A stretch of DNA of 64,000 nt from assembly GCA_964016885.1 (NCBI GenBank), contig OZ024740.1, positions 232,252,001-232,316,000 of the forward strand. Reading direction: 5' to 3'. Of this stretch, positions 14,240 through 27,409 are shown in pieces. Source of the DNA: Eledone cirrhosa. Lineage: Eukaryota. The position numbers and the translations under genes are program-made. Below the pieces are notes generated by a model. It was not told the origin of the DNA. It saw only the letters and a program-made list of their open reading frames with translations, and ran no database searches. The number at the start of each line of letters is the position of its first letter. The stretch's first letter is position 1.

Positions 14240-15180
14240 GCAGATGTGATCTTATATGCAGGCAACCTCTGATAATATCAGTATCAGAGTTAAGACAAGT
14301 ATTTGGAGATTTCAGGTTTTGTAGAAGTCTATAATTCTTCCTTATGCATGAAGTACATTTTCTTGGACCTTTAGCATATTCTTTTGATTGGTCTAAAATG
14401 GACCAATTTATTACATATGGAATTCTACGTTATTTCATCTTCCACACTGTGTTTGCCAGCGCCGTGGTTTTCTTTTTTATCTTGAGTCATACCCACACAT
14501 TTATCTTGAGTCATACCCACATATCGCTCACCGGTAGCTGGTTGGTTGGTGTTTACAGGTGTCATTTTAGTCTCATATACAACAGATTTTATGTTGTATT
14601 TGCCCTTTAGAAAACATTCTTGTGCATTTCTGCATGAACATCCTGGATTTTCTCTGGGTATTTTCCCATTGGTAACTTGGATTTCAGGACGAACTGCAAG
14701 AATAGCTAATCTTGACTAAATTTCGGTTAAATATTTTATAATATCTATGTTGTTGAGTAAAATGTTTATCTAAGAGATCAAGGAGCTTTCTGCCTACATT
14801 TATTTTTTACTGCTAATGAAAAGGGCGGTGTAAACCAAATTATTTTTATTTTTCTATTTTCTGTTTAATGATATAAATAGGATTAGGTATATATTTAATT
14901 AATTCGTAAACCCATTATTTTAGGGCCTTATTATAATAAGGGGCTGCTTTATTAAATATTTCTTCAGAAGAAGAAAGGGTTGATACCCTTCGACTAATAT
15001 TCAGGATAAGGTTTTTAAATACTATGGGGGGTGGGTGGTGGCATGACCCTCTATTTATATATCTTAAATGTTCAATAGGTTTATGATATGGCTTCAAAGA
15101 AGCGGTAAGTAATTAAATAGTTCTGTACTATACATAGAGCACTCTTTTTTCCTTTAGTTTTCTAGCGAAATACTTATCAC
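14240..15180 (-). mobile_element. Degraded Penelope-like element (RT thumb + GIY-YIG) with an inverted pLTR tail at its 5' break (~15110-15180)
   Basis: PYHKPIEHLRYINRGSCHHPP...ISRRVSTLSSSEEIFNKAAPYYNKAL; IIWFTPPFS...NVGRKLLDLLDKHF...KIFNRNLVKISYSC; SVVYE...RYVGMTQ; CTSC...CLH. Confidence 0.85.
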
Positions 15181-15273
15181 ACAGACACACACACACAGAG
15201 ACACAGAGACACACACAGACACAGAGACACACAGACAGAGACACATACACTCACACACACACACACGCACGCG

Positions 15274-15349
<76 letters not shown>

Positions 15350-15472
15350 AAACAAAAGAAGTAAAGAGCACAATAAAACATTGTTATTGTATTGCTGAAT
15401 TGTCTGTATTTATTTTTGCATGTGCTTGTGTGTGTTGTGTGTGTGTGTGGGTGGGGGGTGGGGTGGGGGTGC

Positions 15473-15527
<55 letters not shown>

Positions 15528-17119
15528 CGTGCGTGTGTGCGTGTGTGTGTGTGAGTGTGTGTGTAACGTGTTATCCTGCTTCTATTGTCTTGTATCTCTA
15601 AATACAACATCTTGTTGCTGATAACGTGTACACGAGTACATGTGCGTGTATGTGTTATAACAACCTCATCGTCTATCAAGATAGACATGTTTAGGCTAGC
15701 CTGTCCAGTCCAATGTCTACATAATCGCAACCATACCGAGCACTTCTACCTAAGTACTCTAACAATAACCAGTATCATCTTCACCACCACCAGTATCTGT
15801 ACTGTCTATCTTTCCTACCATCATTAAAAGGATGAAACGCGGCTGCTTGACCTGTTAGAAATGATAACCAAATCCTAAAATTTCACCCCTACAATACTAA
15901 GAAGTCCAAAGACATGTTTGGTAATGCAGTCCAAGAAGAAATATAAGACGTGGTCATCACATCTGGAATAAGTTTACTAAGTGAGCTAGATAACAAGAAT
16001 AGCAACATTACCTTTATCACTTCCACAACTACCTCCAGCATGAGTCAATACAGGAACCTCTATATTGTCGTTCAGTCTGCTTGCTACCTTAAAAGACACA
16101 TTATTTAATATTACCCTTGGTTCTTTGCGTATAGGAACAACTGGTATGACCACAGCTGGAATAATTTTAATTAGAGATGTTCTCGATAAGGCTTGATCTG
16201 GGCTAAAACAACTATAACTACCTCCACAACTACTACCATTTCAGCTATTACTACTCCAAACAAACACTATCGAGCTTCTATCTTGTACAAAACACTAAAT
16301 ACTACCATTATCTACTCTAATTCAAGCACTGTAATCTACCAGTAGTAATACAACTCTTACTATACTATATCACCTCTACTAATAGCACTACCAATGAAAT
16401 CTCGCCCATCCAATGATCTGACGAACCACTGCAATTTTAGTGACACCACTATAACCATCACCAACTTAACTCTAAACCAACCAATCCAAACAATTTCAGG
16501 AAGGAAGCTTTCGGAGGTAACTCGACCTGCGAAACATGACAGTTAAACTTCATTCAAATCACACCGTATCGTCCTAATTAAGTAAATGGAACGTTGCTTA
16601 AGTTCATCCAAATTATTTGCAATTTGATAAAAACATTTGTCAGGGTGGAAAGACCTTTGTCCCAGATCTGCTGAATCAAAGTTGACCAACATCTAAACAA
16701 TGAGAACAATACCAATAACAGAGAAAGTCTATATATATATATATACAGAAACAATGGTGAGAATCCAATTGCACATATGTGCAAATATTCATATGTCAGA
16801 ACGGTATGAACCTCATAACAGACTATGATATGTTGTTAATATTGTTTTTGGTATTCAGCTAAGGGTCAACTATGCGCAGCGAAATAACTATGAGCGCAAC
16901 ATCGATCATTCATTCGTTTTTTTAAAACTATTTTCGGTTTTGCATTTGAAATGAGGTTTATAACCCTGAAACATTGTGTTGAAATACACTAGGTAAAACA
17001 TTACTTTGTTTTGTTATATTTGTCATCATTTGCCCTTTAATATATTCATACGGCATTTTTCCAGCTTTTTGAACTTATCAGTCATTTATTACATATATAT
17101 ACATATGTATATATATGTA

Positions 17120-17400
17120 ATATCCCAAAAGTCAGCTCAAAAGTGACACAGAGGAGACTGAGGTTGGCTGGACATGCTCACCGACATCCAGAGTTGACAT
17201 TGCACTCAGTTCTCCTTTGGGAGCCCCTACATGGACACACTAGAAGAGGAAGACCAGGGTTAACATATGTTGATGCCCTAAGGACAGACACTGGTCTGTT
17301 GGAGATGCAGGATATGGCAGCGATAATGAGGGACAGAGACCGCTGGAGAGAACTCGTCCATGGATCTCGGGAATTTTACCCGCCTTAGATAGATAGATAC
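17120..17400 (+). mobile_element. RTE-type LINE 3' end with a short (ATAG)n tail
   Basis: RRLRLAGHAHRHPE...VLLWEP.HG...RGRP..TYVD.L..DTG...MRDRDRWRELV. Confidence 0.85.
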
Positions 17401-17514
17401 ATATGTATATATATACTTTTATTTTTACCTGTCGATCAAATTTATGCTTATTTCATGTATGTACGTGTGTGCTTGTGTGGATGGTGACGCCCATTATATA
17501 TGTATATACATACA

Positions 17515-17693
17515 TAATTGTTTCTACTTTAGGCACAAGGCCAGCAATTCACCAGTGCATCACTGGTACTTTATTTTATCGACCCCGTAAGGATGAAAGG
17601 CAAAGTCAACCTCGGCGGGATTTGAACTCAGATCGTAAAGGGACGTAACTATGCTTGAAAGCATGGTGTCCGACCCTCTAACGTTACTGCCAA
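17515..17693 (-). mobile_element. SINE copy
   Basis: Shared core and A/B boxes. Confidence 0.9.
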
Positions 17694-18249
17694 AATGGCA
17701 GACAACTCGTTAGCCGAGTAAGACCATCACTGACATATGATATATCTCTATCAATGCTTGTGAGCCCTGCAGTGGCTCGTAAGGCCAGCTAGGTACTGGG
17801 ATGTTTTGTTGCATAAAATGCATTGGAATTCAGTCCTTCCATCATTCGCTATTCATTCTAATCCGTATCATTATTATATATTTATAGATGCCTTGTACGT
17901 CCTGATTTAGTTGGAAAATCCTTGCCACATGTACCCCGTGTTAAATTGGCTGCAGATATTTGGCCATATCTCTGCAGGATTTCATAGCGAAAAGAGTTCA
18001 TTGGGAGTTGTACAGAAAAGTCCACATCGAAACGCAGTGTCAGCGGTATGAACATACACCTCATGAATCCTGCTTATCAGATTAAGGAATAGATTTATTT
18101 TGGCACCTCGAGATCAAGACCACAAAAAATCCCGATATATTGAGCTTCCGATACCAGGGACTGATCTGAGGCCAATTAACGCTTCACCTAGCAAGAGATT
18201 GCTGGGGTTTTGCAAAACAAACAAAAATTCGTTTTCAACAAAATATCTG

Positions 18250-18910
18250 ACTAAATTAATGCTGCGTCTTATTTAACTTGTACGCCATATAAACAAACAA
18301 ATGCAATATATTATAGGTGACGACACAATATATAGGACTATTCAACAGAATTAGTAATATAATCGGCTTGTCTCCCCACAGCCCCGGCGGGCAGAATGGA
18401 GAAGGCATTTCCCCTGATGACAGAAAGGGAGACGCGCTGGAAAAGCCACTCCAACTCGCGGGGCTCATACCTGCAGCTGGCCAGCTCAACGCCTATGGTG
18501 GTGAGTCGGGAGGTAGCCCTAGGGTCGAGGATACCAGAAGTCTCCACTGTCAACGGTACAACCGCAAACCTGTGGGAAAGCGACCTGTATTTGAGGAATT
18601 TGGCCTCCTCAGCCAGATGTGCAGCAGAACCTGGGTTAGTTGCAGACTGCACCAGGTTGCGGCTGCAGAAAGTGTCGGTACAAGTGGCATCCCAGACGAG
18701 GGGTTTGCCACCGCGGAACGGGAAGATGGTCATGCCATCTGGCCTTTTGCCGTCCCCTCGGTCTAGCCCCACCGGCTCGAGCTGGGAAGGGAAGCCTGCA
18801 GCGTCCAAACCATGCTTTATGACCTCGTTGAGGGCAGCATGACGTAGAAGACGGCCGGCATTGTGGAGACAGGAAAGCGTGTGGAGGCCGAATGAGGACA
18901 AAAAGACGGT
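18250..18910 (-). mobile_element. 3' end of a CRE-like non-LTR retrotransposon (CCHC knuckle + RLE), open frame 18901-18338
   Basis: FGLHTLSC...RHAALNEVI...LEPVGLDRGDGKRPDGMT...LVWDATCTDT...AEEAKFLKY...VPLTVETSG...WLFQRVSLSVIRGNA. Confidence 0.85.
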
Positions 18911-19541
18911 TCAGTACTATAGGAACACGCCAGTCAACAACATGACGGGAAGATAGAGAACATAGAGAACATAGAAATTTAAAATAATATCTAAACATAG
19001 AAATGACCCAGCAGATAGGCAAATCAGAGAGGTAAGCGAAATAAAGCATAGAAAGCCAAAGCTAAATAGAAAAAATGAATGGAATAACAACAATACCCAG
19101 ACAAACAATACTGACTTAAGAGAGATATAAATAAATAAATAAATAAATAAATATATACACAAGCACAATAACAACAAACACATATAAACACACACTAGTA
19201 AACTAAGATAGAATACAATAACCAAAACACAGTCACCCAAACGCGAACACACATCTACCACTATACACACTCAAACGCGTAGGAATACAATACAACAGGT
19301 GGAAACATAGTAGTACCACTGACGATGTTGCAGATGTGCAACGAAATAAATTTGTTAGACTATATATATGTATATATATCTGTATTTTTTACTGTTGGTC
19401 AATCAATGATAAACATTGATGGCCGAATGAATTAACTATGCAGATATAAAAGACACAGAAGCGAAAACCAACCAAACAGTGAGTGTGTTCTGTTATTAAT
19501 TCTGGCAATATTATTACAACAATATGACCCTCCCCAAGTAT

Positions 19542-19546
<5 letters not shown>

Positions 19547-19604
<58 letters not shown>

Positions 19605-19725
19605 CATATGTTTATACATACATATTTATATACATACATGCGTATATATGCGTATCTATCTATCTATCTCTATATATATATATATTTATATATATATATA
19701 TATATGTATATACATATATATATAC

Positions 19726-19761
<36 letters not shown>

Positions 19762-19776
19762 CATATATATATATAC

Positions 19777-19854
<78 letters not shown>

Positions 19855-19896
19855 TATGTATATACATATATATATATATATATATGCATATATATG

Positions 19897-19988
<92 letters not shown>

Positions 19989-20071
19989 ATATATATATAT
20001 ATATATTTACGTATATATATCCGTATCAAAATAGCGACCTCCTTACTTCTGCACACGCACGCACACATATT

Positions 20072-20115
<44 letters not shown>

Positions 20116-20132
20116 TATATATATATATATAT
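19547..20132. repeat. Compound (TA)n tract
   Basis: Direct reading. Confidence 0.97.
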
Positions 20133-20447
20133 AGTTGGTATATACATATATACTAACGGTGATGCCCACTGACATACGCAGGCACACATACATATGCATA
20201 TATATATATACACGTCTGTTTGTATGAAGGTGTGTCCTTATTAGAAGATGTAAATATACTCCAAAGCATAATTCTTCAGGAAGGATACGCGTTAATTCCT
20301 TTAATCTGCAGGATTAATTTAGGAAAATGTCTCAGTCTCACTCTGATAACTAATCTCGAGTAAAAGACGGCACGTGGCTGATTAAAATATCTTGATAACG
20401 GAAACTAAATTATCATCTTTCATTTCGGTGATTAATATATATGTATA

Positions 20448-20518
<71 letters not shown>

Positions 20519-20599
20519 GTAGGAGGTGAGTTTTATTGTAGTACAATAAAGCAATGCAGATATCGGATAAGAAGCACTCTACAGTTTGTAGGACTGGAG

Positions 20600-20949
20600 T
20601 ATACATAATATATAAGATCAAAAGATGGTTAAATGAGTTCCATGTATTTTATTATGCGCATTTCAAAAACAAATATCATCATGCAATAACATTTGTGTTT
20701 TCATCAGATAAAATAGGAAGACATGATATGAAGGTTAAAAAACACTTGTGGATAGTGCAGTTTTAAATCAACATATGTTGATTTAAAACTGCACTATCCA
20801 CAAGTGTTTTTTAACCTTCATATCATGTCTTCCTATTTTATCTGATGAAAACACAAATGTTATTGCATGATGATATTTGTTTTTGAAATGCGCATAATAA
20901 AATACATGGAACTCATTTAACCATCTTTTGATCTTATATATTATGTATA
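20600..20949. repeat. Perfect 350-bp spacerless palindrome carrying a hammerhead on each strand (+ 20834-20904; - 20645-20715); Penelope pLTR fold-back
   Basis: 175-bp arms centred on CAT|ATG at 20774/20775; TATTTTAT CTGATGA ...stem II... GAAA TGCGCA TA ATAAAATA. Confidence 0.9.
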
Positions 20950-20966
20950 TATATATATATATTTAT

Positions 20967-21572
20967 GTCAGGTCACCAGTTGGTGCTACTGGTAACATGT
21001 ATCCCAGTACAACCTGTCTCATGGTCGGGTCGTTGGCGACTAAACTGGCAACCCCACCAAGGTTTCTTGGTGAGGAGGGTGACTTTGGACATCCTGCAGG
21101 ACTAAAAACAAAACCTGTCAAAGGGCAAGGGAGCTCTTAAGAGTCAATAGCCATCCAAAATCACTGGGAGAGATGACCCCTTAGCCTTTGTCAAGGCAGA
21201 ATTCTAGGAGAAGGAAAACTCTGATATAACACCTGCAACCCTGATGGTATCCAATGATGTTGACTTGTTCTTCTTTTTGGTAAATATCATCTTGGTTAAG
21301 AGAGTGGGACTGGCTTTGTGCAGTGCCTTTGCTCACTATAAAAGCTTCACGGCACAGGCATTGCTTTATATCTGGAGATCTCTCTGCACTTGTCGTCACA
21401 TGGTACCATGGGCCCTGCACTATGTGTCAATAATGGTCACAAGTGTAGTCTTTGTACCAGAGTTTTCAAGTCGCTGGCTGGACTAAAAAGTCACATTCGT
21501 TCAGCGCATCGGTAGGGGTTCTCCTACATGGATATAAAGTAGTGGCCGTACTCGAAAACGAGTTGGCAGCCA

Positions 21573-21575
<3 letters not shown>
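20967..21575 (+). mobile_element. ~610-bp non-autonomous RTE-derived (bipartite) element; full inverted copy at 25751-26360; 5'-truncated copies at ~32123-32330 and ~57576-57904
   Basis: 3' part encodes HKCSLCTRVFKSLAGLKSHIRSAHR* and has a terminal hairpin CTCG-AAAA-CGAG; copies are 5'-truncated with a common 3' end. Confidence 0.75.
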
Positions 21576-21617
<42 letters not shown>

Positions 21618-21712
21618 GTATATAATATTTTTCATTATATTTATTATCCGTTGTTATTATTCTATATTCATGTTATATGGCATTTGTTCTGCTGCTGCTA
21701 TTGTTGTTGTTT

Positions 21713-21767
<55 letters not shown>

Positions 21768-21884
21768 TGCAACCACTGTTGTCGTTTGAGCTCGTTGTGA
21801 TTTTGCTGTGTTGATGATGATGATTGTATGCTCCAAATCAATCACCTTTTACATGTCAATGTGTTTATTATTATTATTTTAACG

Positions 21885-23200
21885 TGGCGTGGTTTGTCAG
21901 TATCGGTAGAGGGTGGAACGTCATCCTTTGCAGCCTAGAGTTACGGCCCTTTATGATCTGAGTTCAAATCCCGCCGAGGTTAACTTTGTCTTTGATCCTT
22001 ACGGGGTCGATAAAATAAAGTACCAGTCACACACTGGGGTCGACTTTCCCTTCGCCCACAATTGATGGCCTTGTGCCTATGTAAGAAACCATTGTTTTAA
22101 CGTGCGGTTGTTTGGCAGTATCGGTAGAGAGTCGGACGCCATGCTTTGCACCATAGAGTTACGGCCCTTTATGATTTGAGTTCAAATCCAGCCGATGTTA
22201 ACTTTGCCTTTTATCCTTACGGGGTCGATAAAATAAAGTACCAGTAATACACTGGGGTAATTTACTGGCCTAGTGCCAACAGTAGAATCAATTATTTTAA
22301 CATGCAAAATGAACACCGTGGTGTAAGAAACAATCGCATCGTACGACACTAAAATCTGTGATAATGTTAATGTTTTATGGTATAACACAACGCGTGCATC
22401 CAGAAGCCTAGAAGAATTTGTGAACATTTAGAATAATCATTTATACGCAACGACCTATCGAATTGAGTGCATATACTAAGGTTTTTGGTCTGTTATTTTT
22501 GTCGTATGTTTTCTTTTTTCCCCCCTCTTTTCTATATTTTAAACTTTAAAAAAAGTGAGTGTATTGGGACTCCTTGAAACAAAAGTACAAAAAAGGTCTC
22601 ATGATAAAACTTGAAATATTTGGTTGGTTTCATATGTGACATTGCCAAAATATTATAGAAACGAAATCTTAATAATTGTGATACACATGGCTGGACATAA
22701 TTTTAAAATGGTTGATTACCGCAAGTGGGGGTTTGCTTTTGTGTGAGAGCATGAGGGAATGTGCCTGTGTAACTACGTATGCAAGTGTTTGCGTGTATAT
22801 ATAAATGTATAGTTATGTGTACCCTATCAATATATGTGTGCAAATTCTTTCTATAAGTTTACAAAATGTGGTTGTATGTATATCTAAATGTACACAGGTA
22901 CAGCTTTATAAGCATGTGTGCTTTCTATGCGTTCACACACACACACACACACTCTCACACATAGATATATAAATATTAAATATAGTTTATTATATAGGCA
23001 CAAGGCCAACAATTTTGGGGTTGGGGGAAAGTCGATTAAATCGACCCCTGTGCGTGAATGGTACTTTCTTTTATCGACCCCGTAAGGATGAAAGGCAAAA
23101 TTAACCTCGGCAGTATTTGAACCTAGATCATAAAGGGCTGTAACTCTATGCTGCAAAGCATGGCATCCGATCCTCTACCGATACTGCCAATCCACCGTCC
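21885..23200. mobile_element. SINE copies (+ ~21885-22095, + ~22105-22295, - ~22990-23200)
   Basis: Shared core and A/B boxes. Confidence 0.85.
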
Positions 23201-23462
23201 TACATATATATATGAAATAAGGTTTACATATATTATGCATATTTAATATAGACTAACCATCCAATTCAAATTTAAGAAAAAACTTCCAGTAGAGATGTTT
23301 AATACGAGTAAAATATCAAGCAAGTAATCTTTTTAGAGGGAGAGGGCCTGGAGAATACTAACAATGGTATTAATATTCGATCTAGTTAGGTGGTGATGGT
23401 AATGGAAACGTATTTAATTCAGTACTATTAAACCTTATAGATACATATTTACATATAAATAC

Positions 23463-23523
<61 letters not shown>

Positions 23524-23524
<1 letters not shown>

Positions 23525-24408
23525 GAGGTGTGTCAGAAAAGTTCCAGGATTGATGTCACAAAAGATTTATTTCAAACCCAAACTTCACACTAACAGTTTT
23601 CTCCTTTAAAGTAATCCCCCTGGAGTCTAATGCACTTTTCCTTCCTTTTCTGCCACGCTTGCATGCACTCCTGGAAGTATTCTTCCAGTATCCTCCGCAG
23701 TTCCGTCGTCATGGCCTCTTTGATGTCGTCCATGTCTTCAAAACGGGTCCCCTCCGGGTCGTACTCGAAGATCCATGACTCAGCAACGGTGATGGCTGTC
23801 CCTAGCAAGTCTGGTTCGGTTTCAAGACGCTCGAGGATGTCCTGGCACACTTGCATGCGTCGACCCTTCTGGTCATGGTTCAGCAGTTTTGGCACCATCT
23901 TCGCGCAGACTTTCCGCATGTCCAAATCTTCAGTGAGAATCTTCCAGAGGCTGTCCGGATTCATGCCCAGCTCATTTGCCATCAGTCGAACAGTCAGCCG
24001 ACGATCGCTACGCACCAACTGCCTGACGCGCTTAATGTTGACCCCAGTCCTGGTTGTTGAGAGCCTTCCGCTCCTGGGGTCATCTTGCACCACTCAAAAA
24101 CACGTGAGCGTGACATCGTCTCATCTCCATACACTTGCTGCTGTAAACCCAGTGCTTCTGATGGAGTTTTCTCCAACCGTACCAGAAACTTCAAGTTTGT
24201 TCGTTGCTCTGTGCTCATTGCTTGACGATCTGAAACAGAGGACATGTATATAAAATTATGAAGAAAAAAGTTTCATCGCTGCAGAGAGCTAAGATTAGAG
24301 TTACATATTCCAGGGGGATTACTTTGAAAGAGTGAACTCTTAGTGTGAAGTTTGGGTTTGAAATAAATCCATTGCGACGTTAGTCCTGGAACTTTCCCGG
24401 CACACCTC

Positions 24409-24409
<1 letters not shown>
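23524..24409 (-). mobile_element. Internally deleted mariner-like transposon, TA-flanked, ~100-bp imperfect TIRs
   Basis: TA|CGAGGTGTG termini; [45 protein letters not shown] fused to GTRFED...GDYF. Confidence 0.92.
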
Positions 24410-24472
<63 letters not shown>

Positions 24473-25587
24473 ATGATGATGACTGCGCCCTCGTTATCGA
24501 GTATGGCCATTGCACGAGGAGAAAAAAAATATTAATAAATAAATAAAAAATAAAATAAAATAAAAAATAAGAAATATATATATATATATATATACATACA
24601 CACATACATATAAATGAAAAGTATAGAAATTGTTGTAGCGAGAAGCTAACAGTATTCCATTACATATAAGTGACTATAGCGTCAAAATGGGAAAATAGTT
24701 AACATAAGATATGGGAAAAATAATTCAGACTCAATTCAAAAGGAATCAGGATATTAGAGAAATCCAGGGAAAAATCAATAGAGCCTTAACTCATGATAAA
24801 ACAAAGTCTAAAGTACTCAACCTTCAATTTGGGACAACTTCAAATGCTCTGTATATTCTTGAAAAGACTATTTCACGAAAACTTTCAGTGGGGATGGTCA
24901 CGGTTGTATATATACACACACATATATACACATATACATTAATAACAATAATAATAATAATAATAACACCAATAATAATATACATATACATATCTATACA
25001 CACACACGCGCACACATAAACATATCTATACACACACACACACACACGATAGCAACTAACAGCGCTGCGATCGAATGTGGCTTTTTAGCCCAGCCAATGA
25101 TCTAAAATGTCTTGCACAGAGTCGGCAACCAAAACATTCACTGGGAATAGCCGGCTGTGGTTGGAGTTCATGTACTTTTGCATTTTGGTATGAGGGAGCT
25201 TATAGATAGGACAACACACGATGTCTTTTCGTGGGGTAAGTTTTTAATTAATTTTTGTATTCTGAAACATCAAAATACAACAATTTTTTGGTCACTGGAC
25301 TCGGGAATGTCACGACAGAAGTTTGTGGAAGTTACACAAATATTTTAGTATATTTTACCAGAGCAATCCTTATTTATATTTTACATTTTACATTTACTTA
25401 CATCTCAATATAACATGGCTAAAATTCAAATTATGCAAAGAGAACAAAACGGACAAATGAACTAGATACATCTCACTGTCCCCCGCAACCACAATAACGC
25501 CTACACTCCCTCCCCACCATCACATGTCATTACCCTATCTAGACTAAAGTCATCGACCTGTTGTCAAACTCGCTACTCTGTGTTGAA

Positions 25588-25626
<39 letters not shown>

Positions 25627-25750
25627 ATGTGTGTATATACATCACTCAGTCAAACGACCAGACTTCAACCCCAACATCTACAACACCGGCACTAATGTTT
25701 ACAGCAACAACAGCTTCAGAATAAATTGAAATGAACATATATATATATAC

Positions 25751-26360
25751 ATGGTGGCTGCCAACTCGTTTTCGAGTACGGCCACCACTTTATATCCATG
25801 TAGGAGAACCCCTACCGATGCGCTGAATGAGTGTGACTTTTTAGTCCAGCCAGCGACTTGAAAACTCTGGTACAAACACTACACCTGTGACAATTATTAA
25901 CACATAGTGCTGGGCCCATGGTACCATGTGACGACAAGTGCAGAGAGATCTCCAGATATAAAGCAATGCCTGTGCCGTGAAGCTTTTATAGTGAGCAAAG
26001 GCACTGCACAAAGCCAGTCCCACTCTCTTAACCAAGATGATATTTACCAAAAAGAAGAACAAGTCAACATCATTGGATACCATCAGGGTTGCAGGTGTTA
26101 TATCAGAGTTTTCCTTCTCCTAGAATTCTGCCCTGACAAAGGCTAAGGGGTCATCTCTCCCGGTGATTTTGGATGGCCATTGACTCTTAAGAGCTCCTTT
26201 GCCTTTTGACAGGTTTTGTTTTAGTCCTGCAGGATGTCCAAAGTCACCCTCCTCACCAAGAAACCTTTTGTGGGGTTGCCAGTTTAGTCGCCAACGACCC
26301 GACCATGAGACAGGTTGTACTGGGATACATGTTATCAGTAGCACCAACTGGTGACCTGAC
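25751..26360 (-). mobile_element. Second full-length copy of the RTE-derived element
   Basis: Reverse complement of 20967-21575 with the same termini. Confidence 0.85.
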
Positions 26361-26407
26361 GTATATATACATACATACATACATACATACATACATACAT
26401 ACATACA

Positions 26408-26443
<36 letters not shown>

Positions 26444-26492
26444 TATATATACGATATTAACAAATGAAAACTATATTTTTAAAACCATATCT

Positions 26493-26555
26493 ATTTTATT
26501 ATACATATTTCAAGGACACCATGTTAAATTATGGTATGCTTTCATCAGACAAAAT
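26493..26555 (-). ncRNA. Minimal type I hammerhead ribozyme inside a fold-back element (~26451-26790)
   Basis: ATTTTGT CTGATGA AAGCATACCAT...ATGGTGTCCTT GAAA TATGTA TA ATAAAAT; same family as 12066. Confidence 0.75.
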
Positions 26556-26787
26556 ACAATATATACCAGTTTTATAAATAAATATTGACACACCCTTACA
26601 AAATGCAAACGTTACTTTTGGAATACATGGTATCCTTGAAATATGTATAATAAAATAGATATGGTTTTATAAATATAGTTTCCATTTGTTAATATCGTAT
26701 ATTTACTCCAAATACTTGTCGAGTGCTTTATATCAGTTATAAAAATATTTGCTTGTTGTATCCCAACAATTTAAATAGAACTTTTGC

Positions 26788-26826
<39 letters not shown>

Positions 26827-26929
26827 TATATACATGCATACATACATACATACATACATACATACATACATACATACATACATACATACATACATACATA
26901 CATACATACATACATACATACATACACAT

Positions 26930-26962
<33 letters not shown>

Positions 26963-27020
26963 ATTTTCGCTGTACATGGCTGAATGCAATAAATATAATC
27001 TGAATTTTTCGAATAATAAT

Positions 27021-27112
27021 AATTGTTTCTACTTTAGGCACAAGGCCAGCAATTATCCAGTGCATTACTGGTACTTTATTTTATCGACCCCGTAAGGATG
27101 AAAGGCAAAGTC
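27021..27112 (-). mobile_element. 5'-truncated SINE copy
   Basis: Core and tail only. Confidence 0.8.
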
Positions 27113-27223
27113 ATAATAACATTAGATTTGTTTGCAATTATACAAACAACCCTCATTTTTAGAGCCATGTCAGTAGAATAAACCCTTCATTCTTGCTCTT
27201 GTGTTGGCATGTTAGCATGTAAA

Positions 27224-27277
27224 TAGAACTGCAGACACTAATGTTTCCGGGTATCACCCTTCATCAGTACAGCTCTA
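27224..27277 (-). ncRNA. Type I hammerhead ribozyme
   Basis: TAGAGCTGTA CTGATGA AGGGT gat ACCCG GAAA CA ttag TG TC TGCAGTTCTA; 10-bp stem I, GUC triplet. Confidence 0.8.
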
Positions 27278-27319
27278 TGTACGCGTGCATATGTATACAT
27301 GCATGTGCATGTGTATTGT

Positions 27320-27408
<89 letters not shown>

Positions 27409-27409
27409 G

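Noticed and set aside
21890-21975. tRNA genes
   Set aside because: A/B boxes belong to SINE heads that continue into the SINE body; no complete cloverleaf
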